Shown: piece by piece, positions 25,080 through 37,779 of the stretch
How positions within the stretch are numbered: position 1 is the stretch's first letter
How the letters are laid out: the number at the start of each line of letters is the position of its first letter
Origin: Eledone cirrhosa
Taxonomy: Eukaryota
NCBI GenBank assembly: GCA_964016885.1
Contig: OZ024743.1
Span: 321,346,001-321,410,000 of the forward strand
Length of the DNA stretch: 64,000 bases
Direction of reading: 5' to 3'
Notes under the pieces: model-generated
Told to the model about the DNA's origin: nothing
What the model saw: the letters and a program-made list of their open reading frames with translations, nothing else
Databases searched by the model: none
Position numbers and translations under genes: made by a program

Positions 25080-27310
25080 GAACCTCTCTAAGAACCTCTC
25101 TTGTAGTTGTCCCACCAAGAAGAGGGCATCTGTTGTACTTTTCCCAGGCACAAAACCAAACTGCATCTCATCTAGTTTGACCCTTTCTCTAATCAGTGCG
25201 CTAATATCCTTTCTGCCACTTTCATAACCTGATCCATCAGTGTTATGCCTCTATAATTGCTCCTCTCCAGAGCATCCCCTTTACCTTTGTAGCAATTTAT
25301 GAGAATACTGCTGCACCAGTGTTTGGGTATGACTCCACCATATACAGCTTGATTGATGATGCGTGCAACCAGTTTAGCACCTACTTCTCCTGATGCCTTC
25401 AGCATCTCAGCAACTATTCCCGATGGTCCAGCAGCCTTACCATTTTTTCCTTTTGTTAATTGCCTCTTGGATCATATATTCGTCAATCTCAATAGCTGGT
25501 CCCTCTGTTGGGTCTACTGGGGGTAGTTTCTCTCTCTCCCATTCGTTCTCCACATTCATCAGTCTCTCATAAGGACATTTCCAAGCCTCCTTTTTCTGAT
25601 CAATCATGACACTAAGTACACTAGCATCATTCTGGACATGCTTATCTCCAACAATATCCTGATTTACACTGACACACTGCCTTGCAATGCGGAACACCAC
25701 ACATCTCTGATCTTCCCATCTCAGAACATTGGCAAACCTCCTACTCTCAGCCTCTCTGCATGCTAAGTACAACTAATGTCTAGCTTCTCTCTTAATGGCT
25801 GTGTATCGGTCTCTACTCCCACCATTTTTCCAAGCATTCCATGCTAGTCTTTTGTCTCTAATGGCCTTGTCTACCGTGCTGTTCCACCACCAGGCCACTC
25901 TCAGTCTGGTCACAGCTCTGCTCCAGCCACAAGTTTCTTCAGTAGCCTGCAGTAAGTTGTCACGTAAGAAATTCCAGTTACCATCTATGTCATATGATTC
26001 TAAATCGTCTTCTTTCTCATCATACACATCTTTAAAGACTTTCCTTTCCTAAATTTATATTTTAGTGAAAGGTCTTTTAGCTTCCAGACCTTTTTTCTCC
26101 ACACCTTCCTGTATGTCTTATTCCATCTCTTGCTTACTGAGATATCACTAACGATTAACCTATGCTGTGGGGTACATTCTTCCCCAGGTTATGCCTTGGT
26201 ATTTGACACCATCTTCCTGTCCTGCTGCCTAACTAGTAAGAAGTCAATCTGGCTGATGTGCTCGCCTGATTGGTAGGTCATTAGGTGGTTGGTAGGTTTC
26301 TTGAAGTTAGTGTTGCAAATGTTTAGTGCACTTGCATCACAAAATTCAATAAGCCTCACTCCATCTTTGTTTCTTGAGCCATAACTTTGTCCACCATGTA
26401 CCCCAGTGTGTCCATCCTGGAGCTGACCAACATGACCATTGAAGTCCTCTGCTAGCATAACGATGTCTCTGTCCTCTGTCATGGTGGCTACTTCTAAATG
26501 TAGCTCGTAAAAGCAGTCTTCCTCTTCTTTATCTAGGCCTGTGTGGGGAGCATAGGTAGAGATGATTGTCAGCACTCTCTTGCCTATAACTCATCTAGTC
26601 TTAATTATTCTATTGCTATAACTACCTCTATTGTCTTATCGATCCATCTCTCAGCAAGTAAAAGGCCTACCCCACCTAACCCATCACCGTTACCTACCCC
26701 AAAAAAGCTTATAACTAAGATGATTGCCTGTGATTAGGCTTGCAGATGCACCTTTCCCTCTCACCTCTTGCACGTAGCTCACATCCTGTCTTCTCTCTAG
26801 CATCTCCATATCTCACCAGATCTACCTGTTAGAGTACCAACATTAAGTGTGGCAACTCTGAGATTTGACCCTTCATATTCTTGTTCTTGTTGTGCGATTG
26901 CTTGATGACGGTCCGGGGTTCTCACACATGGCCGCACCAACCACCCACTGCCATATGCAGCCTTAACATGGTTAGTGTTATTGCTGTTTTCGCAGTTATT
27001 TTTGTTGTTGTGCGATTGCTTGATGAGAGTCGGGGGAGTTATTATACATGGCCTCACTAACCACCCCACTACCGTGCGCAGCCCTAACATGGTTAGTGTT
27101 ATTGTTGTTTACGCAGTTGTTGCAATTCATATTTGTTGTGCTCATAGTTTTTGGCTTTAATATATACTGGTTGTATGCCCTTCCTAACACCAGCACCACT
27201 TTACAGCATGCACTGGGTACTTTTATTTGTGCCATCAACACTAGGGAAGTTGTTTTACTGGACTTTGAGAACTTCTCTACCCCATACCAATTTATTCAGA
27301 GTGGCAGCTC
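25080..27310 (-). mobile_element. RTE-clade LINE, 5' portion (5' UTR, APE endonuclease, start of RT), degenerate
   Basis: LRVATLNVGTLTGRS, IISTYAP, EDFNGHVG, SQIDFLLVR, WWWN, NYRGITL. A ~125-bp tandem duplication lies at 26,884-27,135. Closely related to the copy at 62.6-64 kb. Confidence 0.92.
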
Positions 27311-28080
27311 TCCTAGATGGGTGGCCTACACTACGGCTTATGGAGCCTCCGTCCACCCCTTGTCTGCTCTATACTATATGCACGAGTGTTTCGCATACAG
27401 CATCATGCATATATACTGAATGTGGTGGAGTTGGGGCGGGTAGGTGGGAAACGAAATGGCATTTTCATAACACAGCTTCTTCTCGTAATGTATAAAATCA
27501 CAGTGTTGTGTAAACACACCGCTATGCTAATGACTTTTCTTTCTCACACGAGTACACACATGAATACACAAGTATACATCGCTAATCCATACAGGAAATT
27601 ACTTATAAATACATACTTATAGACACACACATTCATTCAACACAGCTTTTATCATATACAAATCTCATACATATACATATACAAGCCGAAAAGATGGGGA
27701 GACTGAAGTCAATACTTATCTTCTTCTCATAACACAGCTTCTTCTAACAATATATATATATCATCATCATCATCATTTTACGTCCGCTTTTCCCTGCTTG
27801 CAACAGACACACACATATAAATGTATATTAGATTGTGCACTAAATAGATAAAATATACTATAAATTCATATCTGTACACAAAGACAACAAGATTTAACCA
27901 AAGCTACAAAATATATGCATGTAAATATGCATGTTTATATATTTAAACTTCTAAATGTATCTCATTTACATAATTCTCTGTAGATTGATTACAATGAATA
28001 ACTGGTTTTGATCTTTGTTGATATCCTCATCAAATGCTATCTGAATCCTTCACATTGAGAAACTTATTTGTACAAATTTC

Positions 28081-28917
28081 AGCTGAAAAGTTCATAGGCT
28101 GCCTATGAAGGAGTGATACTAAAGCTGTGAAATCTTGCATACATTAATTTCAACTCTTCTTATTAATAACTACATTGTTTCTCTTCAAGCAAATTGACTG
28201 TTCAAAAGTAACAAGTAGCGACTTTTCTTGAAAATGGACAAAATTTGACATCATGTCATTATCAAGTATTTGAAAAATATGGTAACATGGTTGCTATATT
28301 AGAGGATGTCACCCCAGCTTTATCAACAGTGCAAAAGAGAGCATCTGAATTTAGGAGGGGTAGGGAGAGTCTTGAAGATGACCCAAGGTCTGGATGTCCT
28401 GCAACTGCTACCACCGAGGAAAACATTAATCGTGTTCACCACATTGTGATGGATGACAGGCAATTGACTATAAATCAGATAGCCAATGTTATTAGCATAT
28501 CCATTGAGAGAGTTGAGGATATGAACTTGGCACAATGAACTTGGCATTGCAAAGGTTTCTGTTCAGTGGATGTCACGTCTTCTGATACCTGATAAAAAGT
28601 GCACCACTGGGCTGATTGCATCACAAGAAAATGTGACATTGTTTGAGGCAGATTCATCTGATTTCTGAGATAAAGAGACAATCCATTCTGTGAAAACACC
28701 CCTTCTCACCTGTTCCAAAGAAGGCCAAGGTCGTTTCATCTGCAGGGAAGGTGACAGCCTCAGTTTTTTGGGATGTAAAATGCATTGTGTTTATTGACTA
28801 TTTCCAAAAAGGACACACCATCAGTGGAGAGTAATATGGCAACTTGCTGAGGGAGTTACAAAGGGGCATCAAGACCAAACACACCAGAAAACTGAATAAA
28901 GGAGTTTTGTTTCTTCA
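28081..28917 (+). mobile_element. Mariner (Tc1/mariner) transposon remnant, left end plus disrupted transposase
   Basis: TIR-like GCTGAAAAGTTCATAGGCTG. Peptides EFRRGRESLEDDPRSG...EENINRVHHIVMDDRQLT (HTH) and KKAKVVSSAGKVTASVFWD...IDY (start of catalytic domain). Confidence 0.88.
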
Positions 28918-29034
28918 GTGAGGTGTTGGGCATAGATGATGCTTACAATAGAAATGACAACTCTAAAGGTTGGTGATAAGATGTACTGGTGAATCAAAAA
29001 TTGAACCTGACCTATTTGTGTTGCTCCTTTCACA

Positions 29035-29305
29035 TGGAGGTACATGGCCTAGTATTAATGGTGTTGAACTTACGATAATAATGTTGTGGGTTTGATTCCT
29101 ATACTGGGTCGTGTGTTGAGCGAAACACATAATTTTCCATTACTCCAGTTTACCAAGCTGAAAATGAGTACCAGCAATAGCTGGGGATTTAACTCTGTGA
29201 TGGACTGGTGCCCTGCTCGGGAGGTGATCTTGTACTCTCAGTCACTTAATGCTACAGAAACTGGGACGAGCATCGGCCTGATAAGTTTCTAGGCTCAAGA
29301 CAAAC
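29035..29305 (+). mobile_element. tRNA-derived SINE, family B-type head (degenerate)
   Basis: GGAGGTACATGGCCTAGT...GTGGGTTTGATTCC...TTGAGCGAAACAC...CTCCAGTTTACCAAGCTGAAAATGAG resembles the head of the 19,120-19,464 SINE. Confidence 0.65.
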
Positions 29306-30127
29306 TTTAGACATTTCAGAAGTTCACTACCTCTCCCAAGTATCTATTCTCACCATCACTAAACTTCCACCCCTACTTTATCCAGGACAACTTCAACCTA
29401 CCCAATCCTTAAATCCTAACACCCACATTCTATCCAGATTCATCACTCTACCCAGCATCACCCCCACCTCTAAAATTATAACAAACCACTCATAACTTCA
29501 TCTCTTCACAGTAGTTGTTATTATCACAGTAAACTCCTTATATTACTGGAGTTTAAAACCCTATGTCAATTAACACCACTTCACCACATTTTATATTTCA
29601 TAAGTTTATTCCATCTGGCTATGGATGTAGTGACCCTCACCTTCACAGCAGCATCTAGGATGTAAAATGCAATGTGTAACTAACAGTGATATTCCTCATG
29701 AGCAGAGGCATAACTAGAGAAAATAGTGCCAATGGCAAGCAGTGAAATTGCCCAAACATTTGTCACTCTTCAAGAATACCTTATCTAACTTTAATAGAAA
29801 GTGCTGCTAGTCCAAGTGATGCCCTTCAAGTGGTACCCATGGCATGTCCCATGCTTGATATACTCTAGTTATACCTTTGCTGAAGAGCTATTTAATTGTA
29901 GTTGAAGGGGAATGGACATGACCATCAGGCATCCTCTTATTGACCATGGTCAATGCTGCTGGCTCTAGAATTAGGCAATATGGACCCTGGATAGTTCCCA
30001 TTTCCTTATCAGGCTCAACTCAGTGTAGTATGTAAATCAGCCTGCATTTAGTTGACATGGTAATATATGAAGATCCATGGAATCAAAAGACTTGTCACTT
30101 TAACATTTTAATCCCCTACAAAATAAC

Positions 30128-30365
30128 CTAATGGTTAGGTTGCTTGACATAGGATCATAATGTCATTGGTTCAATTCCTAGGTGCTGCATTGTGTTCTTC
30201 AGTAAAACACTATTTCACATTTCTACAGTACACTGAGGTGAGTGTAAGTACCATCACTTGCTGGGGAATTAGATATGTGATAGACCAGTGTCCTGTCCAG
30301 TCTTGCACCCTCAGTTGCTAGGAAACCAGAGACAAGTACGGGCATGATCAGCCTTTGGCTGAGAA
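30128..30365 (+). mobile_element. tRNA-derived SINE, family B-type head (degenerate)
   Basis: CTAATGGTTAGG...GGTTCAATTCC...AAAACACTATTTCACATT, with a 3' half similar to 29,180-29,305. Confidence 0.55.
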
Positions 30366-30593
30366 CAGATGACAAGATAAATTGGCTCCAACTCTTCGAG
30401 TGATAGTGATGTGAAGATCATCCAAACTAGGCCACTGATGTTGACAAAAAGAAAAGCAATAAACCAGCCTTCACAGAATTTGACTCTCAGAAATTAAATG
30501 ATACTTTAAGTATTGATCAGATTGATCAAAAATGGAACTAAAAAATTGCATGTTTTTAAAATGTTCTATAATTGTTTCTGTTTATTTATACAG

Positions 30594-30701
30594 TTTGTCC
30601 AGCTGAAACAAGGAGTTGTAAAAATAAGTTCTGTTATAGTGAATCTAAATTATGTGATAGAATCTATGATTGTAGTGATGGCAGTGATGAAGAAAATTGT
30701 T
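30594..30701 (+). CDS. Exon C: LDL-receptor class A domain 1
   Basis: TACAG acceptor, T|GTAAGT donor, 108 bp, phase 1-1. Translates CPAETRSCKNKFCYSESKLCDRIYDCSDGSDEENC (6 Cys, DCxDGSDE). Confidence 0.95.
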
Positions 30702-32379
30702 GTAAGTTGTTTATTTTTCTATTATCAATATCATGGTCATCATTTCTGTATAAAATACAAGTTAATAAAACATTTAAAAAGTTACATAGTTAATGCTTCC
30801 AGCTAACAGACACCTTTATTTCTAAATCTGCTTTATCAATAATTAAACAACACTGATGTTTCTAGTCAATAACCTAAGACCAATGATCTCGCACTCAACT
30901 AAGTCCATAAATTAGTTTTCAGTCACTGGTTTTATATGTTTTCTTTCATTGTGTCATTAACGACAAACTCTGTTGTAGAATTGAAAAGTTCCTGATTATC
31001 CTCATTTATAATCAAACCTTAATTCCTTGTCATATATTCCAATAAATTGATGTTTTGTTTGTGTATTTACTTTATTGCTTTTTATTGGTTTGATTTGAAA
31101 ATCAAGCCCTCTGAATCTGGGTACAAGGAATTGGTTTACATTCCTCTTGAACTTTTACATTACAAGTAGATTCCTGCATAAATGATGTGTACTGCGAGGA
31201 AATTCCAGAGTGTGAGGGGTCAATATTTTCAGGCTTGGCATAACAAATGGTAAAGGACTTTGAGGGTGATCATAATATGAAAAGATGAATGAGTTGTTGG
31301 TGCCTGAGTGGAGATGGCACAAAACAAGACATCAGAGACTATTGAGGAAGCAGTAAAGAGAGGAGAGAGCACACTTAAGGAACAAATATTGGAGTGTGTT
31401 GGTGAGAAACTTCAGACAAATCAATTGAGTAGCTTTTTTCTAACTGTAATCTAGGATGTAGGATGTATGTATCAATGACCCAGTGACCCTGTTTTGAGTG
31501 AAAGGGCAGTATTATATTATGGAATACACTTGAGCTTGTAGAGAGTTAATAATTGTTGCAAGTTTAAGTAATCTCTGGCTTTTAATAGCAAGTCAGACCA
31601 AGAGATTCTCAGTGATAGTAAGGCCAAGCAATTGTAGTAAACGCTAGTGTATTAGTTGCCTGCTGTTCAGGTTTAGGAGGGATGTAGCATGATATGTCCT
31701 TGACTGGTTTGGTCATTGTGTGTCCTATTGAAGGAGAAAAGATTAACTTGACTTTATTGGAGGATATGTTTGAGATGTCTGTTCATGGAGTTAGTGAAGA
31801 TTTGAAATAACTCAATTTAATAAAGTGTAGGTCAGAGAGCTCCATGTGTGATGAACTCAGTACATGTGTGATGATGCATTGAGCCAAAAGAAGGAAAATA
31901 TATGGAGCTCATAGGCATGCAATTTTGATAGAAGATTTGCATAAAGCTTAGTTGTTATCTAAGGCAACAATTATTTCCCAAAATTTCTGGGTAGGTTACA
32001 TAAGAAGGATCTTTAGTAGCTCTGGCTTTACAAAAGTCATACTAACTGACATTAAGGGGAGAGGGAGGGGGAAGAAGGCGAGGGGAGAGAGAAAGAGAGA
32101 GAATTTATGAATTTAATTAGAATACAAGCTAGATTTGGGGTGTATTCATTGAAAAGGATTTTGTCAAAATACTTGTTATATTGAAGCAACTATAATTACT
32201 TTCATACTTGGTGTATATATATGTATAAATGAGAGTCTAATAGAACATAAAGCCATATTTGGCATGTATATATATGTGTGAGTCTAGTAGAGTAGAAATA
32301 GATATTTGGTATGTATATATGATTATATGTCAACCTGGTAGAGTAGGAAGCTATAATTCTGAAGAGAATTTACCTTGGT

Positions 32380-33600
32380 TGTACAGTGTGAAGTTTGATA
32401 CAAAGTTTGAGGTAAATGTGGAAGCTTTTACCATGGGAGTACTGCTTCAAGAACCATAATACTTGAGAAGTGAAAGATTGGAGGATTTCACAAAGTTAGT
32501 ATTGCTTGTGTCAGCTGCAGTTTGGGAGATGAGAGGTTGCAAGCTGTGCAATGCTTGGAGGCATCCTTCATAGTACAGATCTTGGTCTTGAAGGAGCTGC
32601 AGGACTGTGAAGGATATTCTACTAGCACTGTAGGCTGTCTTCTTTGCCTGAATTTCTGCAGCACATTTGTAAGTGAACCACTTATGAGGACTTGAGGCTT
32701 TGAGGGTTGGTTGTATGTAAAATATAGAACATGCTAAAGAAGATTGTTTCATTCACTTGCTTAGCTGTTTTTGATAGGATTTGGATGAAACAAATGTGCT
32801 GTGAGAGATTGTTGGTATAGGATTGAGTTACTCTGATCAGTCACTTGACTTGTAGAACCACATGTCAAGCATTGTGCAATATGTGAAAGTGTGATGGGTA
32901 ATTGCAACAAGGCAATAGTTGAACAAGTTGATATATATAGAAATGATTAGAGGTTGAGTTTGAAAGTAGGAAAGAGGTGAAATGATGTTTGGTGTGCCTG
33001 TGTGTTAATGAGGGTGGAAGTGCGAAAGAGATGAAGGATGTTTAGTGTTCCTGCATATTAATGAGGTTGGAAGCGAGGGGAAAAATGAAATGATGTTTGG
33101 AGTACCTGTATGTTAATGAGGATGGAGGTGAGAAAGAGATGAAAGATGTTTGGTGTTCCTGCATGTTAATGAGGCTGGAAGTGAGAAAGAGATGAAGGAT
33201 GTTTAGTGTTCCTGCATGTTAATGAGGCTGGAAGTGAGGGAAAAAATGAAATGATGTTTGGAGTACCTATGTGATAATCCCGGTGGAAGTGAGAAAAAGA
33301 TGAAGGATGTTTGGTGCACCTGTATGTTAATGAGGGTAGAAGTGACATGAAGGATATTCGATGTGATTGTGTGTTAATTGGGGATGTGTGTAGAGGATGA
33401 AACTGATTGATGTGAATAGTTAAGAATTGCAAATAATTTAGTTTCTGTCCTGGTGGCATTGTATGAGATGAGTTTGATAACCATGGGGAGTTGAGAGAAA
33501 TGAAGTCACCTAGAATGATGATCAGAGAGAAGTGAAGCAAGGTAGCTAACCTGGGGTTGGGGATTGGCAATATCAGTATGACACCAGACAAAATGATTTG
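32380..33600 (-). mobile_element. Highly decayed APE-type LINE remnant (CR1/L2/Jockey-like), interrupted by a minisatellite
   Basis: Minus-strand peptides IIILGDFISLNSPWL (APE GDFN-like) and KWFTYKCAAEIQAKKTAY (PWF-like linker). Confidence 0.4.
32965..33350. repeat. ~53-bp minisatellite, ~7 copies
   Basis: Repeated GAAAGAGATGAAGGATGTTT(A/G)GTGTTCCTGCATGTTAATGAGG...GGAAGTGA, with two unit types. Confidence 0.85.
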
Positions 33601-33775
33601 CAGTATTTAGTTATGACTTTCTACTTTCTGAGTTCAAATCTTGCTGAGGTCAGATTTTCTTTTCCTCTTTCTGGGGGCAATAAAATAAGTACCAGTTAAG
33701 TACTGGGGTCAATATAATTAAGTCTTCCTTCCTTCAAATTATTGGCCTTGTGCCAATGCCAGAAATAATATTAAT
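33597..33775 (+). mobile_element. SINE family A fragment
   Basis: TTCTGAGTTCAAATC...AATAAAATAAGTACCAG...TTGGCCTTGTGCCAA. Confidence 0.7.
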
Positions 33776-33931
33776 TACAAACATTAAGATGTATTTTACT
33801 TGAGAGTTAATGGGTTTAAACATTGTTCACCCTTGTACCCCTTCATCTTTTGGATAGGTATAACTAACTTAACCATGTTGGTTGTGATCGATTGATTGAT
33901 TGATTCTATACATTTTCTTTTTCCTTACTAG

Positions 33932-34039
33932 CTGCCTCCATTTCCTGTGATTTCAAATCAAAATACTACTGTGGATATAATATTGTAAATGAATGGAAAC
34001 ATATATACCATAAAAGGAGATTTGGGGGGGATGTTAAAG
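33932..34039 (+). CDS. Exon D: N-terminal part of MAM domain 2
   Basis: TTTTCCTTACTAG acceptor, G|GTAACT donor, 108 bp, phase 1-1. Translates ASISCDFKSKYYCGYNIVNEWKHIYHKRRFGGDVK. Not in the ORF track. Confidence 0.9.
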
Positions 34040-34104
34040 GTAACTATAGTGATCTTTTAACATTCAAACTAAATATTTCTCTTTTACCTTTCCCATCTCT
34101 CTTC

Positions 34105-34157
<53 letters not shown>

Positions 34158-34350
34158 ACACAGAAATCTCGGCCCATTCCACAATATATTAGACACCAGC
34201 CACATGCCTCAGGGTCACCCCTTCTCCCATAGTGAGAAAGTTTCACTCTTGGCAAGCAACATATAACCTGCACTCCTCTCACATTTTGAGCCCCTCCATT
34301 TCTATCAATGCTCTGTATTCTGACACACTGAGCACCATAATGTTATAATG

Positions 34351-34640
34351 AGGTAGTGCTGGTGCCACAATAAAAACTACAAAGTTCACTTTGTGGGGTG
34401 ATAGTGCTGGTGCCATGATGAAAAGCTCCCAGTCTGCCCTCTAGGGTGGTAGTGCTGGTGCCATGACAAAAGTCACACAATTTACCCTGTAGAGCAGTAG
34501 TGCTGGTAGCACAAGAAAAAGCACCTATTCCAGCCTGTAAGGTGGTTGTGCTGGTGACACAACAAAATATTTTCCAGTCCACTAGTCCACATTGTAAGGT
34601 GGTTGGCATTATGAAGAGCACCCAGTCATAGAAAACCAAT
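34351..34640 (+). repeat. Tandem ~48-bp units derived from the RTE/SINE UTR motif
   Basis: Repeated GTAGTGCTGGTGCCA...AAAA...TGTA units, ending in TGTAAGGTGGTTGGCATTATGAAGAGCACCCAG. Confidence 0.7.
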
Positions 34641-35168
34641 TATGAACAAGATGTGGTCACCTGACACCTGTTTCAGGTGACCATATATATATATATAAAT
34701 ATGATTTAATGTTAAAGAACAAAAACTAATAATAAAGTAAAAATATATTTTTTAAATGAGGCCCCCGAGCATGTGTGCCCCTAAGCTATAGCTTATTTAA
34801 TTCATAGGTAAGTCCAGCATTGCTTCATGAAATGTCATCCTATCTAAGCCATTACAGCATGAAAAATAGATGTGAAACAACAATGATGTTGATGATGGTG
34901 ATGGTGATAGTGGCGGTGATGATGATGATGATGATGATGATAAACCTGAAACCTTAGCCCAGTAGTGGAGGGAAATATATTTGTCATTGTAATTTTAGAT
35001 GTATTTTTACTCTTAGGAAAAAACAATTTCATTTCCTAATGTTTCAATAATTAGAGATTTATATGTAAAGAATCATAAATAGAAATTCTGAATCCAATTC
35101 CATTCAATTGTTTGATTTGTTAATTCTGTAACTCTGTTATATTTCTAATAATATCCTTTTATTTGCAG

Positions 35169-35474
35169 GCACTATACAGCTCAGGCATGGAGAGGGGACA
35201 ATTGTGTCACCCTATGAACCCCTGCCCTATTCATGTGTGAAATTTAAGTACATTACATATGCCGCTGTAACTGGAGACCTTTCAGTTATTTTATTCCAAC
35301 AGAACTCTACTGAAAAATGGAATGAAATATTCTTTAATAAATTAGATGGAACTTATGAAGGTCAATTTCAGATTCCTGCAGGAAATAGTGTGCTTCGTTT
35401 CAGAGCAAATATCAAGTCTGGAATCCTGGCAATTGATGATGTCATAATATCTAATGGAACCTGTCCTCAATTAA
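35169..35474 (+). CDS. Exon E: C-terminal part of MAM domain 2
   Basis: TTTGCAG acceptor, A|GTTAGT donor, 306 bp, phase 1-1. Translates IVSP...SCVKFKY...GILAIDDVIISNGTCP (canonical MAM C-terminal IAIDD..I..G.C). Confidence 0.93.
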
Positions 35475-35649
35475 GTTAGTGATTACATTTTATTTTATTT
35501 TATTTCTCATCTGTTGATTTTACTTTCACAACAGTACACTCTGTAATGTGGTTGATGTTAAGAAGAACATGCCAAAACTGAAAATATACATGTATGACAT
35601 GGTTAACCCTAACCCTAACTCTAAATAAGAAACCTTATGACCCATTCTA

Positions 35650-35836
35650 GGCGGTGAATTGGCAGTATCGGTAGAGGGTCGGACACCATGATTTGACGCA
35701 TGGAGTTACGGCCCTTGCCATTCTGAGTTCAAATCCCGCCGAGGTTAACTTTGCCTTTCATCCTTACGGGGTCAATAAAATAAAGTACCAGTAATGTACT
35801 GGGTAATTGCTGGCCTTGTGCCAATAGTAGAAACAA
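35650..35836 (+). mobile_element. tRNA-derived SINE, family A, full-length with 15-bp TSD
   Basis: A box TGGCAGTATCGG, B box GAGTTCAAATCC. TSD TTATGACCCATTCTA at 35,635-35,649 and 35,837-35,851. Confidence 0.9.
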
Positions 35837-35879
35837 TTATGACCCATTCTACACATGCCAGCATATAAAGCAAATATAA

Positions 35880-36090
35880 GATGATGACGATGGTGATGAT
35901 GATAACGATGATGATGACGAAGACAATGATGATGATGACAATGACAATGGGGATGATGACGATGATGACAACGACGACGACGATGATAATGATGATGACG
36001 AGAATGATGATGACGATGATGATGATGATGATGTTCATGATGATGATGATGATGATGTTCATGATGATGATGATGATGATGATAATGATC
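35880..36090. repeat. (GAT)n compound microsatellite
   Basis: Direct inspection. Confidence 0.95.
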
Positions 36091-36781
36091 TTTGAACCAT
36101 GATCACTGCCACAACACCTGTTATCATAGATTTGCTCAATCAGAGCTGGCCTGAAACTAAATAGTGACTTCCACAACTTAACATTTTAATTCCAATAAAA
36201 CCAAACATATAAAAACTATTTCTACCACACCTTTCTACTAAATATTTAGGTGTTAGCATATAGTAAGCTATGTTGGTTTTGTTGCATGTTTATGAAAGAA
36301 ACGGAGGCACAAAAGAAAACAGATAGTCATTGAGGAGGTCACATTGCATGACAAAAGAACTTTGATGAACATATAGTTTTAAATACTTTTACTTTAAAAA
36401 TTAAGATGTATTATATTTTGCTTTAATATTATTATGGATTAAATTCTAAATTCTATTCATCTGCTGAAAACAAATTATCTTCTAACATTTTCTCTTATTG
36501 GTTGAAATGTGTTGATAGGGTAAATATTTTAAATATGCATTCTAAGGATAAGATTCTTGTTGTTGTTATTGTTGTTGTTGTGTTGTTATTCCTGAGAGGG
36601 TCGTGGAGGCAGAGTCCTCATACATTTCTTCTAGTGGGTCCTGTCAGAAGGAACCATCTCCAACTAATCCAGCTGGATTCCCAAGCAAGACCAGCCCAGC
36701 TTAGTTCACAAAATTATAACAACACTATTTACACATTTACACCATCAATTAAAAACAATTCCTTATTTCTATTAATTACAG

Positions 36782-36892
36782 ATTGTCCAGAGGGTACCCA
36801 CATGTGTTCAGACAATAGAAAGTGTATTGATGAAGCAAATGTATGTAATAATTATAAGAATTGCCTTGATGGTAGTGATGAAATGAATTGTC
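36782..36892 (+). CDS. Exon F: LDL-receptor class A domain 2
   Basis: TTACAG acceptor, C|GTAAGT donor, 111 bp, phase 1-1. Translates CPEGTHMCSDNRKCIDEANVCNNYKNCLDGSDEMNC. Confidence 0.95.
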
Positions 36893-36941
36893 GTAAGTAA
36901 AACTTAATATTCTATACTTTAAACAAGAAATTATTATTTTT

Positions 36942-37125
36942 GGATTGGCAGTATTGGTAGAGGGTCGGACGCCATGCTTTACAGCAAAGAGTTACGGCCC
37001 TTTATGATCTGAGTTCAAATCTCGCCAAGGTTAACTTTGCCTTTCATCCTTATGCGGTCGATAAAATAAAGTACCAGTAATACACTGAGGTAATTTCTGG
37101 ACTTGTGCCAAAAGTAGAAACAATT
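36942..37125 (+). mobile_element. tRNA-derived SINE, family A
   Basis: Co-linear with 35,650-35,836 (TTGGCAGTATTGGTAGAGGGTCGGAC...GAGTTCAAATC...GTAGAAACAATT). Confidence 0.88.
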
Positions 37126-37779
37126 ATTTTTAAAACAAAACTATTATTTTTAAAACAATTACTTAATTCTAATTGTTTCATTACCATATTTCTAATGGAA
37201 GATACTACCTAAGATTTTCAAATAATTTTGAAAATAATAAAGAATTTAATGGAAGCTATTAATATAATTTTCTCACTATTTATTTGGTGTTTGGAGCAAA
37301 ACTTAAATATTCATCATAATCATCATCATCTTTGTTTAACATCCATTTTCTTCATTAGCAGTTCTTGCATACAATGATGGTGGAAAGTTTTAAGATGAAT
37401 ATAAATACTTTAAAATAAACAGTTATGTATTATAAATGTATGCCATTTGATATCAAAAAGGTTACAAGAAACCCCAAGTCCAATATATATTTTAATCACT
37501 TCTCTCAATCTATTTTGAGCCGTGAAAGAAGTACTACTGACTAAATGTTTGAATGGCCTTTTGTTAGATTTGGTTACATTACAAGTCCAATGGAGATTGT
37601 TACTCTGGATAACTGGAGGTGGCCTTACTCAGCTGGAAATCTCTTGTCTGCACCCATATTTGGAGGATGGGGTTGTTTGTGATGGTCACATCATCCATGA
37701 GAGAAGAAGCTTCATTCTATTTTGAAAGAGAGCAAAACATATGCTACTGATCTCATGATTTATATCCAGGTTGGACAAA

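Noticed and set aside
29600-32000. Possible extra exons or old TE coding remnants around exon C
   Set aside because: No recognisable motifs or credible splice-bounded frames were found, and the B-C-D junctions are already in frame.
35650-35836. Functional tRNA genes at A/B-box-containing loci
   Set aside because: They are multi-copy, have TSDs and long non-tRNA 3' bodies, so they are SINEs.
35772-36176. Poly-Ile and poly-Met ORFs (also the IY/TH/CV-repeat ORFs at 39.4, 40.3 and 62.3 kb, and the 60.4-kb IIDQL ORF)
   Set aside because: These are translations of micro- and minisatellites, with no splice or domain support.
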